Assembly: GCA_965637545.1 (NCBI GenBank)
Contig: OZ281494.1
Location: 13,206,001-13,270,000, forward strand
DNA: 64,000 nucleotides
Direction of reading: 5' to 3'
Origin: Phallusia mammillata
Taxonomy: Eukaryota
This document shows positions 9,508-22,420 of this stretch, one piece after another. The position numbers and the translations under genes are program-made. The stretch's first letter is position 1. Each line of letters starts with the position of its first letter. Below the pieces are notes generated by a model. It was not told the origin of the DNA and made no database searches. It saw only the letters and a program-made list of their open reading frames with translations.

Positions 9508-10409
9508 CAGGGGAGGCTCGTGCTAGGGGGCTGCGGAGCTGCAGCACCTCCTATATTTTTGCTTGACATTCCTATTCCAAATTTTTATACAAAACAATCC
9601 ATACATATAGTTTTTATGTTTAATCAGTGTACATTAAGAAAAATTTTTATGGCATTAATTGGCTTTTTATTAAAATAAAAATAGGTAAGCACTTTTATGC
9701 AGTCTTTCCAGTCTGACTACGGTAACCATTGTCAGTTGATTGTTACCGTCATGGATGGATGATTTCAGTTTGGCGCGTGGTGAAACCAGGATGCGTGGCC
9801 TGTGATAAAGCGAAAACATGTGACCATTACTGAGTATTTTATTTTTAATTTAATGACACAATTGATAACTCAAAGTTGTGATTACGGCTGCGCGAACGTC
9901 GTCTGCAACCTAGTTTAAAACTTTAGCGATCACACTACTATGAAAAGTGTGGTGAAGTTCGTGTTGCCATCAATGCCTTGGTTTTAATTTTGTTAAAAGA
10001 AGTGTAGAAAAAGTTACATATTATTCTTTGGATTTTCCAGACATTGTTTATTGTGTCATACTGCAGCTTTACAAAAAAGAAACACAATAAAAATTTTAAT
10101 TAAAACTACCTGTTTTTTGGAAGGGATTTCATTTAAAAAAAAAAGTTAACCAAAACCATTTGTTTTAAAAAGCAAACAAAATACTTACCAAAAATAATAA
10201 AAACTATGTTGTTTCGAAACTTATCATATATAAGTTCTGGATCTTTTATATAAGTTCTGGATCTTAACAGTATTGATTCTGAATGACCTCTCCAAACTCA
10301 ACTTTTCTCATGAACAAACGAAAGATGCATGTTGTTTTGTGACTGTAATTTAGATTGCAGTTTCGAGATAGCTTTAAAAAAATTTTCTATATTCTAATGT
10401 AGATTTTGG

Positions 10410-10537
10410 TATTTTACACTCTCTTTCTTCACAATCCACTTTGCATACACGCACACAAACACTCAACAGCTGGTATAATCAGACTGAAGGTTGTGCACAG
10501 GTATCTTTGCAGTGTGTATATGGTCATATTCTCTCAA
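10410..10537 (-). pseudogene. Degenerate Ulp1/SENP-like (C48 SUMO protease) catalytic-cysteine fragment
   Basis: Minus-strand translation LREYDHIHTAKIPVHNLQSDYTSC*VFVCVYAKWIVKKE resembles the Q-x-[N/D]-x-x-[D/S]-C-G-V-F-V-C-x-Y-A motif, with Gly read as TGA. The upstream His/Asp motifs were not recovered. Confidence 0.4.
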
Positions 10538-13500
10538 TGTATTTTAACAAAATCTTTGCTCTAATCATATGTAAATCGGTTGCCAAGGTAGTTTTTTTAT
10601 TTCGGTTTAAAAGGAATAGTTTTTCTTTACCACTGTTTGCACTCCACAGTCAGTAAAACATGTTGAAAAGGAATGATGAACAAGTGTTGTCCAGGTGTTT
10701 GTAATTAGATTATAATCATGTAGACACCAACATAGAATTGGTTGTCCATTGACTTAAATAGTATTTTTTGGTAGAATATTTATGTCAAATTACTCCATTC
10801 TAAGATAGGATGATGGGCTCTAACTTTTTACATTTTTAATGCAGATTTTTTTTCTTAAAGTGATTGGCCTATTTTTACATGCTGGAGGAAGAATTAGCTG
10901 CTGTGAAAGTAACAGCAGTAGCTGCACATATAACGAAAGGTTTTTCATTCTATTTACGAACCCGCCACATCTTTTAGCTTATTTGTTTGTTTTGGTATTT
11001 TCACTAATAAGTAATTCAATAGTTGTATGCTTTGGAAGTATTTTTTGGTTTTTTTATGACTATATTACTATGGTCATGGACGTTTTTGTCGGTTTATTGG
11101 TTCATTTACAGTACAATTTTGACAACCTAAATTTTCCTTTTTAATCACAGTCACAAACTGACATGCTCTATAACTAAGGACACAATGTTTCCCAGATATT
11201 TTTGAGTGTTTTACTTGTTAAGAAAACAGCTTTTTGCAATGCACTGACACAAACAATAAAGTGTTACAACACAGAATGTGGAACATGAAACAATGCTTAG
11301 AAACAGAAATATGACTTCAATAATTAATATTGTACAATTTAAACTTTTTCAGAAAATCGCACACATGTTTGCTTTACAGTAGGCATTAAACAGTTGCATG
11401 CATTTTATGTTAAGATTGTATGTCATTTTTAAGAACTCATCTATCCTGTAGTAGGTTGGTGCATATTGAAAATAAAATAGTATTTGCACAGCTTTGTGGT
11501 CTTGATTTTACAGAAAAACTTTCCATGTGACATGAGATAAAATTAATTTATATTTTAGAGTCATTTTAGTCACAATATGTCTGTGTTAAAAATGGGGGAC
11601 ACTAAAGAAGAAAAGCGGGAAACGCAGGAAATCAACTCCAAAAGCAGAAAAAGGGAAATTTATGTTTCCTAAAAGAGGGAAAAAATAATTGCAGAAAAAC
11701 AGGAAAAGGGTGAAATTTCTTGTTTCTTTGGGTTTCGAAATACGGAAACAAACTTCTTGTTACAGAACTTTAAACTTCTGCCGAATCCACTTCCAACATT
11801 GAAGATTTTGTCCATGGGAGTGTTTGAAATCCTGGTAAATTGATTCTGACAGTGTGCTATTGCCATTGTTGCAACAATTATCAACTCTCATTATATGTAT
11901 ATCATAAGTTAGGAAATCTTTATTTCCTGGTTAAAATCAGTTGAAAGTCGTATGAAGAACAAAGTTTCAGTTGACAGTCGTATGAAGAACAAAGTTTATT
12001 ATTATTATTATACAAAATTTCCCAAAAAAGCATCTTCAGTGTCTATACAGAGAGCAATAAAAGGGATTAAAATTAGAAAAAAAGCTAATAGTTCCTTCAC
12101 AAACACGATCATTCCTCAACTGAAAGCCTAACTCACTAAACTGTCTGTGAACACGCAATGAAAGATGAGAAACGCACAAAAGATAAACAAACAGCGCATT
12201 ACGCATTTAAAGTTCAAACGTCCCACAAACTCTTTCTAAGAGCCGTCATAATGCATATTTTTTCATTCACGGTAGTCAGACTGGAGAGACTGCATAAAAG
12301 GGTACCGGTAAGCACTTTTTTACAGTCAGTAGGGCATTAACAACTGTGAATGGAAAAATGCGTTTTATGACGTAACAATATAACAGTCATAACTTGGCGC
12401 CAGTGTGTGGGCTTTGCTTTGGTAAAGAAAAGGTAAGTTTTTAGTTAATATAATTAATCTTGGTTTCTGTATATGTTCTTTTTATTGTATCACGCGGAAT
12501 ACAAACTATAAGCGTTAAGATAATTGTAACTACGTATATAGCCTTGGTATGTTTCAGCGAAACCAGACCAGCAGTCAACGCACTTTGCAATTTTAGCGAC
12601 TAAAAATGCGAAGTGACCATCATTACATGTAGTTAACTGAAAATGCCTTTTTACTTTAGTGCTTTCAACCAAACGAAGACACCCAACAGTCGCTACAGTT
12701 TTGTCCTCTACTATTCATCGAAAGACAGCCGGCACTTGGCATCGTTATTTGTTTTAACGCAATTAATATCAGTACAGATGTTTCCTAAAGCCTTTGCTGA
12801 AAAATAACTGCAGGTGACTATAAAAAAATTGTTACCATATACATTTTGCAAAAACTGTGTTTATTTAGTTTTGCACTTTAAATGGTTATTAAAAAAACAG
12901 GAGGGAGTCCAGAGACATTACAGCAAGATGGACACTGACTAAAAGCACAAAGACATTTGGACAAAACATTGCAAATGAGTCAGGTAGAACAATTTTTAAT
13001 ATTCATTGTTTTTCAAAAACTTTTCAAATGCATTGAATGGCAATTGGCAGGCATTCCCATTGCTACAAAATAATTTTTAATGTACTGTTATAGAATATGG
13101 GAGGTATAGTGTAAGAACTACCTCCTATTTAAGTAATACAGCAGTACAAGGTTTTCAGTGGGGGTTTCAACTTCAAGTACAACTTCATAATGTTAATATG
13201 ATGGTTTGGCCATATATCTTTCTAATGTTATGTCAAGTGATATTAAATAATCATATCTTGTATATGTGATTATGGTGGTGTGCCATCAGTGGTTACCTCT
13301 GAAGACCTTATAATTTGTGAATTTTGAAACAATATTTATGTGTTCACAATTTCAGTAGCATTTCATTACACATATGTCACTCTTTCAAAATATATTTACA
13401 GGTTAGATCTGACACATGCTTTTCGGGGTACTACACAAACTTCACTGCAAGGAAGCCTCAACTGCAATTTTGTCACAATATATTGTGTGTTTGTCATGAC

Positions 13501-14671
13501 TGCATTCAGGACAAGTGCTACATTTTGTGTGTTTACTTTTATTTTCTTCACTTCAAATAAACTCAAATCAAGTGCAGATTATTTTATTTATAGAACACTT
13601 TTACATTTAGTTCAAGCACTGCTTTTTCACAAGCAATCTCTACCTTATAATATTTCAATGATACAACTTTGTGTGTTAAAGTGTTATGTCAAGGGGAAAA
13701 CAGGTTAATAAGAGGTAGTTTAAAAAGCAAAATAACTGGTGTTAATATCACAGAGAACAACAAGGTAGTAAAGCATGGTATCCTCCTGCAATGGGTGTTC
13801 CCTGGTCTCTAGGCTTCTAAACAATTTGCTGTTTATTAAATTAATAACCTACAATACAAAGATAACCATCAAGTTCAGAGACAAAAAAATTATATATTTT
13901 AAACTATCAGCAGTCTCCAATTTTCAGTTTTGTTGTTAGCCTGATAAAAAAGTCAAGTTTTGTGGAAAATACTGTTAAAAATAGCTACATCTGATTATTA
14001 ACACAGACAAGTGGCAGCACAACTTTTAATCTAGTAAATCTCCTTAAACTCAACTCAAATCCTTCTACCTTGCTATGTCCAGTTGTGGAGCCTTATTAAA
14101 GTGCAACGTACCATACATACAAGATCACCTCTTAGTAGCCTGCCCTAGATAAATAATTAAAGCTAAAAAACACCTCTACACCCTGAGCATTGGCTCTTGG
14201 GCTATTAAGTTTTCTTACACTTACTTGAACAAAGGTATGAAACGATTAAAGGTTGTGCGTTTCGGAGTGTTAAATTTTAACAATTGCAAGTCATTTTATG
14301 TTTTCCCGAAAATTAATACCGATATTTAAAGCACTACAGTTTCTGTTGTTGCAAACACCCAAATATGCCTGAAAAAGTTTGTGTTCGAATTTAAAATGTC
14401 TTGCAGACGACCTCTGCGCCAATGTGGCACAATAATCGGATTTACGAGACGTGTTTTCTCTTCAATTCGCCTCAGCCTCAAAGCTGTCTAAACTCCACAT
14501 TTAAACCCGCGCCAAACTGCCAACAACCCTTTTGTGACGTAACAATCACAGGCTGTGGTTACCGTTGTTACTGCCCTACTGACTGTAAAAAAGTGCTGTG
14601 CTTACTATAAAAATAATAATATGTTATCTATGGTGAAGCTGCAGCTCCAGTTTCGTGACGTTTTGCAGTTG

Positions 14672-14683
14672 TGCGCATGCGCA
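14672..14683. promoter_or_regulatory. Perfect NRF1/EWG-type palindrome TGCGCATGCGCA, with nearby TGACGTAA (CRE-like) motifs
   Basis: Exact match to the YGCGCAYGCGCR consensus in a locally GC-richer stretch; tgtgacgtaa near 14535. Confidence 0.35.
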
Positions 14684-14959
14684 CTTGCAAAAGCTGCATG
14701 CCGGGAGAAATAGGCGACAGGGGGCTGTGGCTCGCGCAGCACCTCCCGTCAGTGAGCTCCAAAGCCAAACCCGTGTACTGTATTTTTAAGTTCGACACTG
14801 AGTACAGTTAAATAAATATTTTGTCATCTATAAATTTATTGTTTGACTGTTAGTCGTGACTTTTTAAGATGACTGTAAGTGGGCTTCAGTTTTTGCAGTT
14901 ATCATTGAATTAAATAAGTGTATCTAACACCTTGAGAAAGAAAAAAAGGTCATCTAACA

Positions 14960-15436
14960 CAGGGGTCACCAAATTTTTTCACTGCGGGCCGGATATGTTT
15001 AATACTAAATCGCGCGGACCGCATAGTTTATATGCCCTAGCGCCGTCTTTCCAAACTTAGCCCGCGAAGCAATGTTTGCAGGGTCGCCAAGATATGGTCT
15101 TTCTACAATCTTATTTCAAATTGTTTAAAACTGTATAGTTTTTTTTTATCTGACGAGTCATGCTTGTATATTATCACAAGTACCAAAAGAAGGCAGTTGT
15201 TTGCGCACAATTAACACTTGCAGTCTTGTCTGTGACGTAACAAACTGACTTTGAATCAATCTCGGGCGAATCCTACAAAACTATGTAATATTGTTCTAAT
15301 ATCTAGGAGTAGATTAATTTTTTAATGTTACAAAGTTATCAATACGATTTGGCAAACCAAAAAATGTGGTCGCGGGTCGGATGAAATGACCTCACGGGCC
15401 GGATTCGGCCCGCAGGCCGTAGTTTGGTGACCCCTG
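14960..15436. mobile_element. hAT MITE (Buster-type TSD)
   Basis: TIR caggggtcaccaaa / tttggtgacccctg; 8-bp TSD atctaaca. Same family as 50634-51058, in the opposite orientation. Confidence 0.9.
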
Positions 15437-17651
15437 ATCTAACACCTTGAAAAGTCACGATCAACCCTTATAATAAATAACAGAATTAAAAAGTTTTAAG
15501 AAAATATGGGACAAAACATCTGCTACTCCAAATATGTCATGCAGCAATAAACAACAACAAGAAATACTCAGTTTTAGTTCTTAATGCCACCAAAGAAAAA
15601 ATGGCTTTTTGACTGTGAAGTTAAATGCCTCACTGAAATTCAGGCAATATCAAATGCAGAACAAACAATTGCAGAACAACAAGAATTTTGAAATACCTGA
15701 GTGAAGACAATTTAAAGTTTTGGTTTCATAACACACCATGTGGACAGTATTTGCAAACAAGTGCAATCATCTGTATTGATATAATAGGCATGTACTGTTT
15801 GTCTACAGTAGCTCCTAAATTGCTTCACAGGAAGTGTTTCTTAAGAATGAACATTCTACAGACAAGATAGTACTGACCACCAAGCACTTCCTATTGTTGA
15901 CAAAGAAAAGCTAGTTACTGAAATGAAAATGTTTCTGTAGATCTGATGTTCGAGTCCTTCAAAGACAAAACAGTTCTTTTCAACACTGATGCAAAACGTT
16001 TCTTAGGAACACCATTATTTCCAAAAGACTTGCAGTGCTAGCATTAAATAGAAAAAAACAGTTTCTTAATGTTACATCGCCTTGTACATATGTTTATGTT
16101 TTCTGTGTTTCCCGCCAGTAGCCTTGATTCGTGTGTATGACGCAGTGTTGTGCAACCTGATACATTGTCTGGCACACTATCGGTGATTGTGATGTCACAA
16201 CTTTGACATTGTTTATTGGTATCACGTCTTGTAAGCAAGACCGCCTCGTGTTTATTAGTGACTGGAACTTACAGGGTCTGCATGCGTTTTTTAACTGGTC
16301 ATTTATGTTTGTTTTTTGTGTAACAAACAGGAAAATTATGCTGTTTAGAAACTGAATCGTCCAATGTGTGACTTGTATATTTAGTGATCGGTAAGCATAT
16401 GTTTAAACCTTGTTGTGACCTTTTGGATTTGAATTTATATGAAACCTGTATTCAGACGTGAATTCCGCCGTCGTCCAACCCCGTGTTATTCTGAACCGAA
16501 CTGTGTTATTCCGGTAAGATTATTGTTGCTTAAGTTTGCCGTCAGTCACTAGTGTGATTAAGTGATGTTTATATGTGATGTTATTAGATGCTGTGTTTAC
16601 AGACCTTCTACTGATCGCTTGCATTTAAAAGACTCCAGTCCTTCAATAGTTTGGTAAGCGTAAATGTCATTGAAATTCTCCTTCTGTTGCCTTGTCTTAA
16701 TTTGAACATTTTTTGTAGAAACCGCCTTTTGACCCCTTGTACTCGCCGTGCTGCCATACTCTCGAGCGCCATCTTTCGGCTATATTGTAAAATAAAGAGT
16801 TCGTTATATAGCTGCTGGCGTCTTGGAGTTTGAGCGCAGGGAAAGGCGCGTTAAAGACAATTTTGGGAACACAAGCGATCGCCCCTGTTGTGCTGTCTGG
16901 AGGCGCATGGAGTCACGCCTTCCGATAATTAAAGACAGCGCAACACTTAAGTTGTCATTTGGAATCAAGGAAGAAGGCAAGAAGCTATCAATTATCCTGC
17001 CGAAACTGTAACTTTATGATTCATTTTGGTTGTAAAAAGTAAGAACAAGATTTAATAATATGGTTTAAATTTACGTGAGAGTGTTGTACATTTTAAAGCT
17101 TGAAGGAGTTTTGCACTTTAAAAAGGGAATTATAAGCTATTTGCCAACAAATAAAGCAGCAAGTATAGCAGTTAAGAAACTGAAAGACAAGTTATAGTTT
17201 GTACACAAAAATTCAAAGAAAAGATGTTTAAATAAACAAGTTCTGACACAAATGTAATGTGGTTGTTAAATTTGTCAGTTATGATACCAATAAAAAGCTG
17301 TACGGCTAGTTTTGTGTGTGGCAATAATCTGTGAAGTTTCATAGAATATGTTGAAAACGCTGACTGTGACTATAAGTTACTTAAGTGAAACTTGACTTTT
17401 TTTTAATGTTGTCCAACTAAAATACTTCGACCTTTTTCGACTCATTTATAACTATTTTTTCTATTACTATTTTTTGTATTTTACCGTATTTACAACCGCT
17501 TCGTTTCGGTCTGTGTCACGTGTGTTTTTGTGCCACATTATTACTGCATGTTATTGAGTTTGGCCCGTCGCTATGCAAGTAAACAAAATACACATATGAT
17601 ACCGTCTGCTGCTTACACTCGTGTACATTATTGCGTAACAAAAATTAGGTC

Positions 17652-17684
17652 ACTAAGAATGGAAAAGCATTTTCCATTCTTAGT
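17652..17684. repeat. Perfect 15-bp-stem hairpin
   Basis: actaagaatggaaaa-gca-ttttccattcttagt. Confidence 0.8.
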
Positions 17685-18149
17685 TATACAATTAAATAAA
17701 CGGTGATCGTCGATGACCATGTTGCCTGTTGAAGGGTCAGATACTGTTCAGTTCAAATACTGTCAGAAAAATTACGTCACAATGGAGTTGCTAATTAATA
17801 TTTGTATTACTTAACTAAACAGTAGAATTTGCTCAAATGCTCTGTGGCCCATTGAAAATGTCTTGGTGGCCTAGTACTGGGCCATGGCCCACACTTTGGG
17901 AAGCACTGGCTTATAAAATAGCTTTTCAGTATTCTGTGCCTCATGCGTTAGTCGTTGGCAAGCGAGACTTGAAATAACTGAATATTTAGTGGGACCTATA
18001 CAAGTTGCATTCTTACTTTTCAAACCTAGAATTCTCGAGCCCCTGTGCGCAGTACATTATATTGCTGTTTATGAGCTTTAATTAGAATCAATAGACAAAA
18101 CAATAAACATCTGCAATGCCTGTTTGTTTGTTTGTTTGTTTGTTTAGGA

Positions 18150-18636
18150 CAGGGGTTCCCAACCTTTTTACGATCTCGTACCACTTGGGCGTTCTGTAAT
18201 GCCACGCGTACCACTTCTTGCAGAACAACTAATTTGATCGAATCATATTTAATGGAAAAGAACAAAATTATCTAAAACAACACTAAAGCACCACACCTAA
18301 ATTTAATGAGATTTTTGTTGCATGCATTTTCGCTGCTTGAGATAATTAACGCCTACTATGTCCAACAGCGTTGAACGGTTTTTCAAAGCAACTGTGCTTC
18401 TTGTTGACAATTTACATGACCTGTACTTTGAAGATCGTAATGTTACGAAACAACAGGAGTAGTTACGTAACAATGAGAACAGGCTTAGGGAAATAATTTT
18501 TGTAAACAAAACCAGATAAACAGAATATAAAGTTGTAATCCAGGTTTTTGTGAAAAAAGCGAAAGCTACTCGCGTACCACCTGAAAAACCTTCGCGAACC
18601 ACTAGTGGTACGCGTACCACAGGTTGGGAACCCCTG
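18150..18636. mobile_element. hAT MITE (Buster-type TSD)
   Basis: TIR caggggttcccaacc / ggttgggaacccctg; TSD gtttagga; internal cgcgtaccac repeats. Confidence 0.9.
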
Positions 18637-20188
18637 GTTTAGGACGAGAACACGCAGGGGTAAAAGGCCTAGTAGCATTGTAGGTACTGGAAACTAAAAT
18701 GTTGAATAAGTAATCCGTCCCCAATCCACCACACTACAATAACCATCAGAGCTACTGCTGGACCTGGAACCAATTCTTACCATGTTTTTGTTTGAACTGG
18801 GTCAACATCAGAAGCAAACATCGCCCTTTTCTCTTACATGGTTGTAAATAGCGAGGTTTACCTACTCCTGGCGCCAACATCGCTGTGGGGGGTCGACATT
18901 AACATAGCAAGTTGGCACAGGTTGATGGCCAAAAAAACATTTGGTAACAAAGTTACAGAAAACAGAAATGCTACCAACAAGCAGCTAACAATTAAAGTGG
19001 GTCAACGTACTGTGAATGTGAACTGTGAAGTCATGGCTATTGGTAAAAGGTTGTTTCTGGTCCACATAAAACAGCGTGTTTACAACGGGCACGAACGAGA
19101 TGACGTAACACAAGACTTCCTTCCTTTTTAACCAAACATAAACGCTTTCCGCAGGAACAGTAAAACAGTAGCTTATGTATTCTAATTCGTTTTTTTATTG
19201 TTCGCACGTTTGGCGATTATTCTTGTGTGTCCAGGTTTCTTCTTCACTTTGCCGTTGGTGTCTTGTTGCATAAAACTGCTTCTTTGGCGTCATGTGATTT
19301 CATGTGAGCGAATTGTGCCTTCTAAAAGCCTGTTGAAAATTTACCTGTGGCCAAGGTCTCTAAAAAGATTTGTTTGATAACTATAGTTTCTAGAAGTTTC
19401 TTTTGTGTTACCAGTTTTTGTGACACTATGTACAAAGTTGTTTTTTAGATTTTTTGTTTCAACAAATGAGGTGTCCGTATGAGCGTACTCCAGAATGTGA
19501 AAAAATACAATATATAATGTTCGTTTCACGCCCCTGTGCAAGACATCGGTGGCGAAATAGACATTGACAAATATTGCGTTTGTTGCGGGACAAATTATTA
19601 TTATAGGCTTATAACAAACGTATGTGCACCAGCTGTGGTGTTATTTTGGTAATCACATAAACAATTGCACCCGATAATTATGCAAGATGTTGTTCTAATG
19701 TTAGTTAATCTGACCAGGAAAGCTATTTAGTGACCCGAATATTTGCCAAATAGCAAAACATGACCTATCGTTTCGTGTGTACAATCATTAACCACATAGC
19801 TGGGGTATCTAGCCCAAGTTCTAACTTTGGGATTCCATGTTTGTTTGCCATGTTTAAAGCAAATGGTGTAAAATACATGTAAAACTGATTCTGCACTTCT
19901 GTCTTATCCCACTGACGGTGATTGCAGAATTACTTGTCCTGCGTTAACCAAACAAAGACTTGACCTGTCATAACTAAAGTTGTGTATGCACAATACACAT
20001 AGACGAATATGGAATGTATTTATGGCGATGGCAGTAGAAAAAATGGCCCATCACGACTTCGTTACTTTATCAAAGAACAACTTAGCAGCGTTTGGTACGT
20101 TTGAGAATCGACGCATTGTTTGCAATAAATTGAGGGGAATACTAAGTGACACCAACATCATTTCTGCGTAAACGTTTTAGGTGATAAG

Positions 20189-20907
20189 TAGGGCAAATAT
20201 TTTTTGACTTGTCAAAAAAAGTCAAAATTTTGTCAAAATTTTTAGAATAGGTCAAAAATTGTCAAAATTGTTTACAAAGTCAAAATTTTTTACAAAGTTA
20301 AAATTGTTTACAAACTGCATTGTCGTGGTGTTGTAGAGGTTGCACTGCCAGCAAACTATTCGTTTTACACCTTGTAGCCTACTTTATACTGTTGTAATTG
20401 GCCCATTGCCCCAATTATTGCGAATCATAAACCATCAAGTGAGTGAAACAATTAGGTTGATATGGCGTGATGCTCAACACACCTCAAAACGTGCAAAATT
20501 TTGGTAGGTCCCAATTCATTTTACGGTAGCTGCAGGTTAGGTGCAGCTCTTGCTTCGGTTTTGCTTTAGATACTTCATGTATCTTTCGTTTATACAAATG
20601 TATTGAATAATTTTCGTTGTGTCTTAGCTGCAGTTTTTTGGCAGTGATTTTTAATCAGCTCATTCCCTTTTCAGAATAGGTTAGGTCTATGTTCAGATTT
20701 TTGCCCTTCTCTTAGACTTTTGCACATTCTTTCGCTCTAGTTAGATTAGCCTACAGCCATATTTTAACTTTTCGTACAATAATGCGTCATTTAACCACTT
20801 GAATTCTTCATAGGTCAAAATTTTGTCAAAAAAAGTTTTTTAAAGTCAAAATTTTCAATTTGTGGGTCAAAATTTGTCGTTTTTTAGGTCAAAAAATAAT
20901 CGCCCTA
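20189..20907. mobile_element. Non-autonomous hAT element (Ac-type TSD)
   Basis: TIR tagggcaaatattttttgac / gtcaaaaaataatcgcccta; TSD gtgataag (nTnnnnAn); many gtcaaaattt subterminal repeats. There is a possible frameshifted transposase relic LRCVEHH..INLIV on the minus strand near 20450-20495. Confidence 0.85.
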
Positions 20908-21578
20908 GTGATAAGTATAAACCAATTCCATTCTTGGAGGTTTTGATTTTGGAATAGTCAGTCTGCTTCGTTTTTTTAATTTGCGAGTTCTCTACACTCG
21001 TTTCCTTGGGGTTTCCAGGGATGTTCTTTGGGGATTCGGGATTGACTTCTTTCTTTTCAGAATGCAGTGGAGCATCTGAAATAACAGGATCTTCACTGGA
21101 ACAGGACGAAATCATTTTCCTAATTTGGTGACGTCTTCTTTTCTTCCAAGAAATCTCGTCTTCCGAAATGTTCATGTCATCTATTCTATGGCGTTTATTT
21201 CTAAATGAGCGATGGCGATAATTTGGGATTCCCATTAGAAGAAGAGTTTCAACATCATCTTGAATTAGCCTCATGCGGTATTCTTCCGCTGTAGGCGATT
21301 TCTTTGAATGTTCAGAAACGATCTTAGCAGCCTTGGAAGGGGAGTCACTTTTAGTTTGATGATCTTGCTTGTGTTCGTCATCGGATGTCAAGTCAATAAC
21401 TTCATGGTGCTCCATTTTTATCTTTCGGACTTACAGCAGTTTTTGTTTGATAATTTTCTCATCTGACTGAGACTTGGTGCCACAAATTAACTTGTTTAGT
21501 GCTTTGAAACCTAGACATCTTATGACGTAACAATGCTTCTGATAGTTTCAATCATCACGCCTTGTGTTTGAACTAGAG

Positions 21579-22186
21579 CAGTGGTTCCCAACCGGGAAGG
21601 ATTTCCTCCCTAGGTAGGAATTTTATGAATTCAGGGGAGGAATTTCATAAAAACTGTAAAACAAAATCTGTTGGAAATGTAACAGAATATTTTTGCACAT
21701 ACATTAGGGATATGCATTATAATTTGGATCCGGTTCACATTTAAAACCGATTGGTTGTAAAGGGTCCCGAAACAGACATCTAATTATAAAGTCTTCTTGT
21801 ATATACGGCCGCATGCTACGTTTCAGGCGCTTAAATTAATCGATTATTGTCATAACAAAGTCCATTGTTTTAACATTTTTGTTTTTGGAAACTAGATTCT
21901 TAGTTGTATATCATTGTTTGTGTAGATTTTGGTTGTAGCCTAAGTTTTAGTCAACTAGCAGTATTTAAAAGAGACGAGTAGTATAAAAAGAACTGTACCG
22001 CCAATACAACTACTTTCAGAGCGCAAACGAGAGCAAATTTCGCATTGAGTAGTAATGTGAAATAAATTGATATTTTCAAATGCTAAAATTTTGTATGTTA
22101 TATTTGTTTTTCATCTTATGGGGAGAAATGAATAGTTCGAAAATTGGCAAAGGGAGGAATCTAACAAAAAAGGTTGGGAACCACTG
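21579..22186. mobile_element. hAT MITE inserted in the 5' LTR
   Basis: TIR cagtggttcccaacc / ggttgggaaccactg; TSD aactagag. Confidence 0.9.
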
Positions 22187-22356
22187 AACTAGAGTAACCT
22201 GTAGTTTTGGGTGCTGCGGTGTGCGTTTTTAAACGAGGTCATTATATTGTGGAGAGAATACAGTAAACATCTCGACAGTTCTTATAGTGTCAAAAGACAG
22301 CGTTCAACACAAATTAGCAACAGTTGGGATTATTGACCCGACTACTTTGCGAGAAT

Positions 22357-22374
22357 TGGGGGCTCGTCCGGGAT
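22357..22374 (+). other. Primer-binding site complementary to the tRNA-Pro 3' end
   Basis: tgggggctcgtccgggat, the canonical 18-nt tRNA-Pro PBS (as in MLV), located 2 nt after the 5' LTR. Confidence 0.9.
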
Positions 22375-22420
22375 TAGTTTTCAGTGTTGTTGTCTTACCT
22401 GGTAGTGAACCAAGAAAGAG

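Noticed and set aside
10226-11996. Short perfect tandem duplications (about 20 bp at 10226, 30 bp at 11937; also about 20 bp at 1612)
   Set aside because: Ordinary slippage or repair duplications with no further structure.
15640-16030. Fragments vaguely like hAT C-terminal or SWIM sequence (LPIVDKEKLVTEMKMF; YYINTDDCTC)
   Set aside because: There are multiple stops, the fragments are on opposite strands, and the diagnostic motifs (ERxFS, CxCxnCxH) are absent.
16600-16780. aagatggcg start with a short minus-strand ORF (MALESMAARR...)
   Set aside because: No homology recognised, no splice donor, and below the level I can support.
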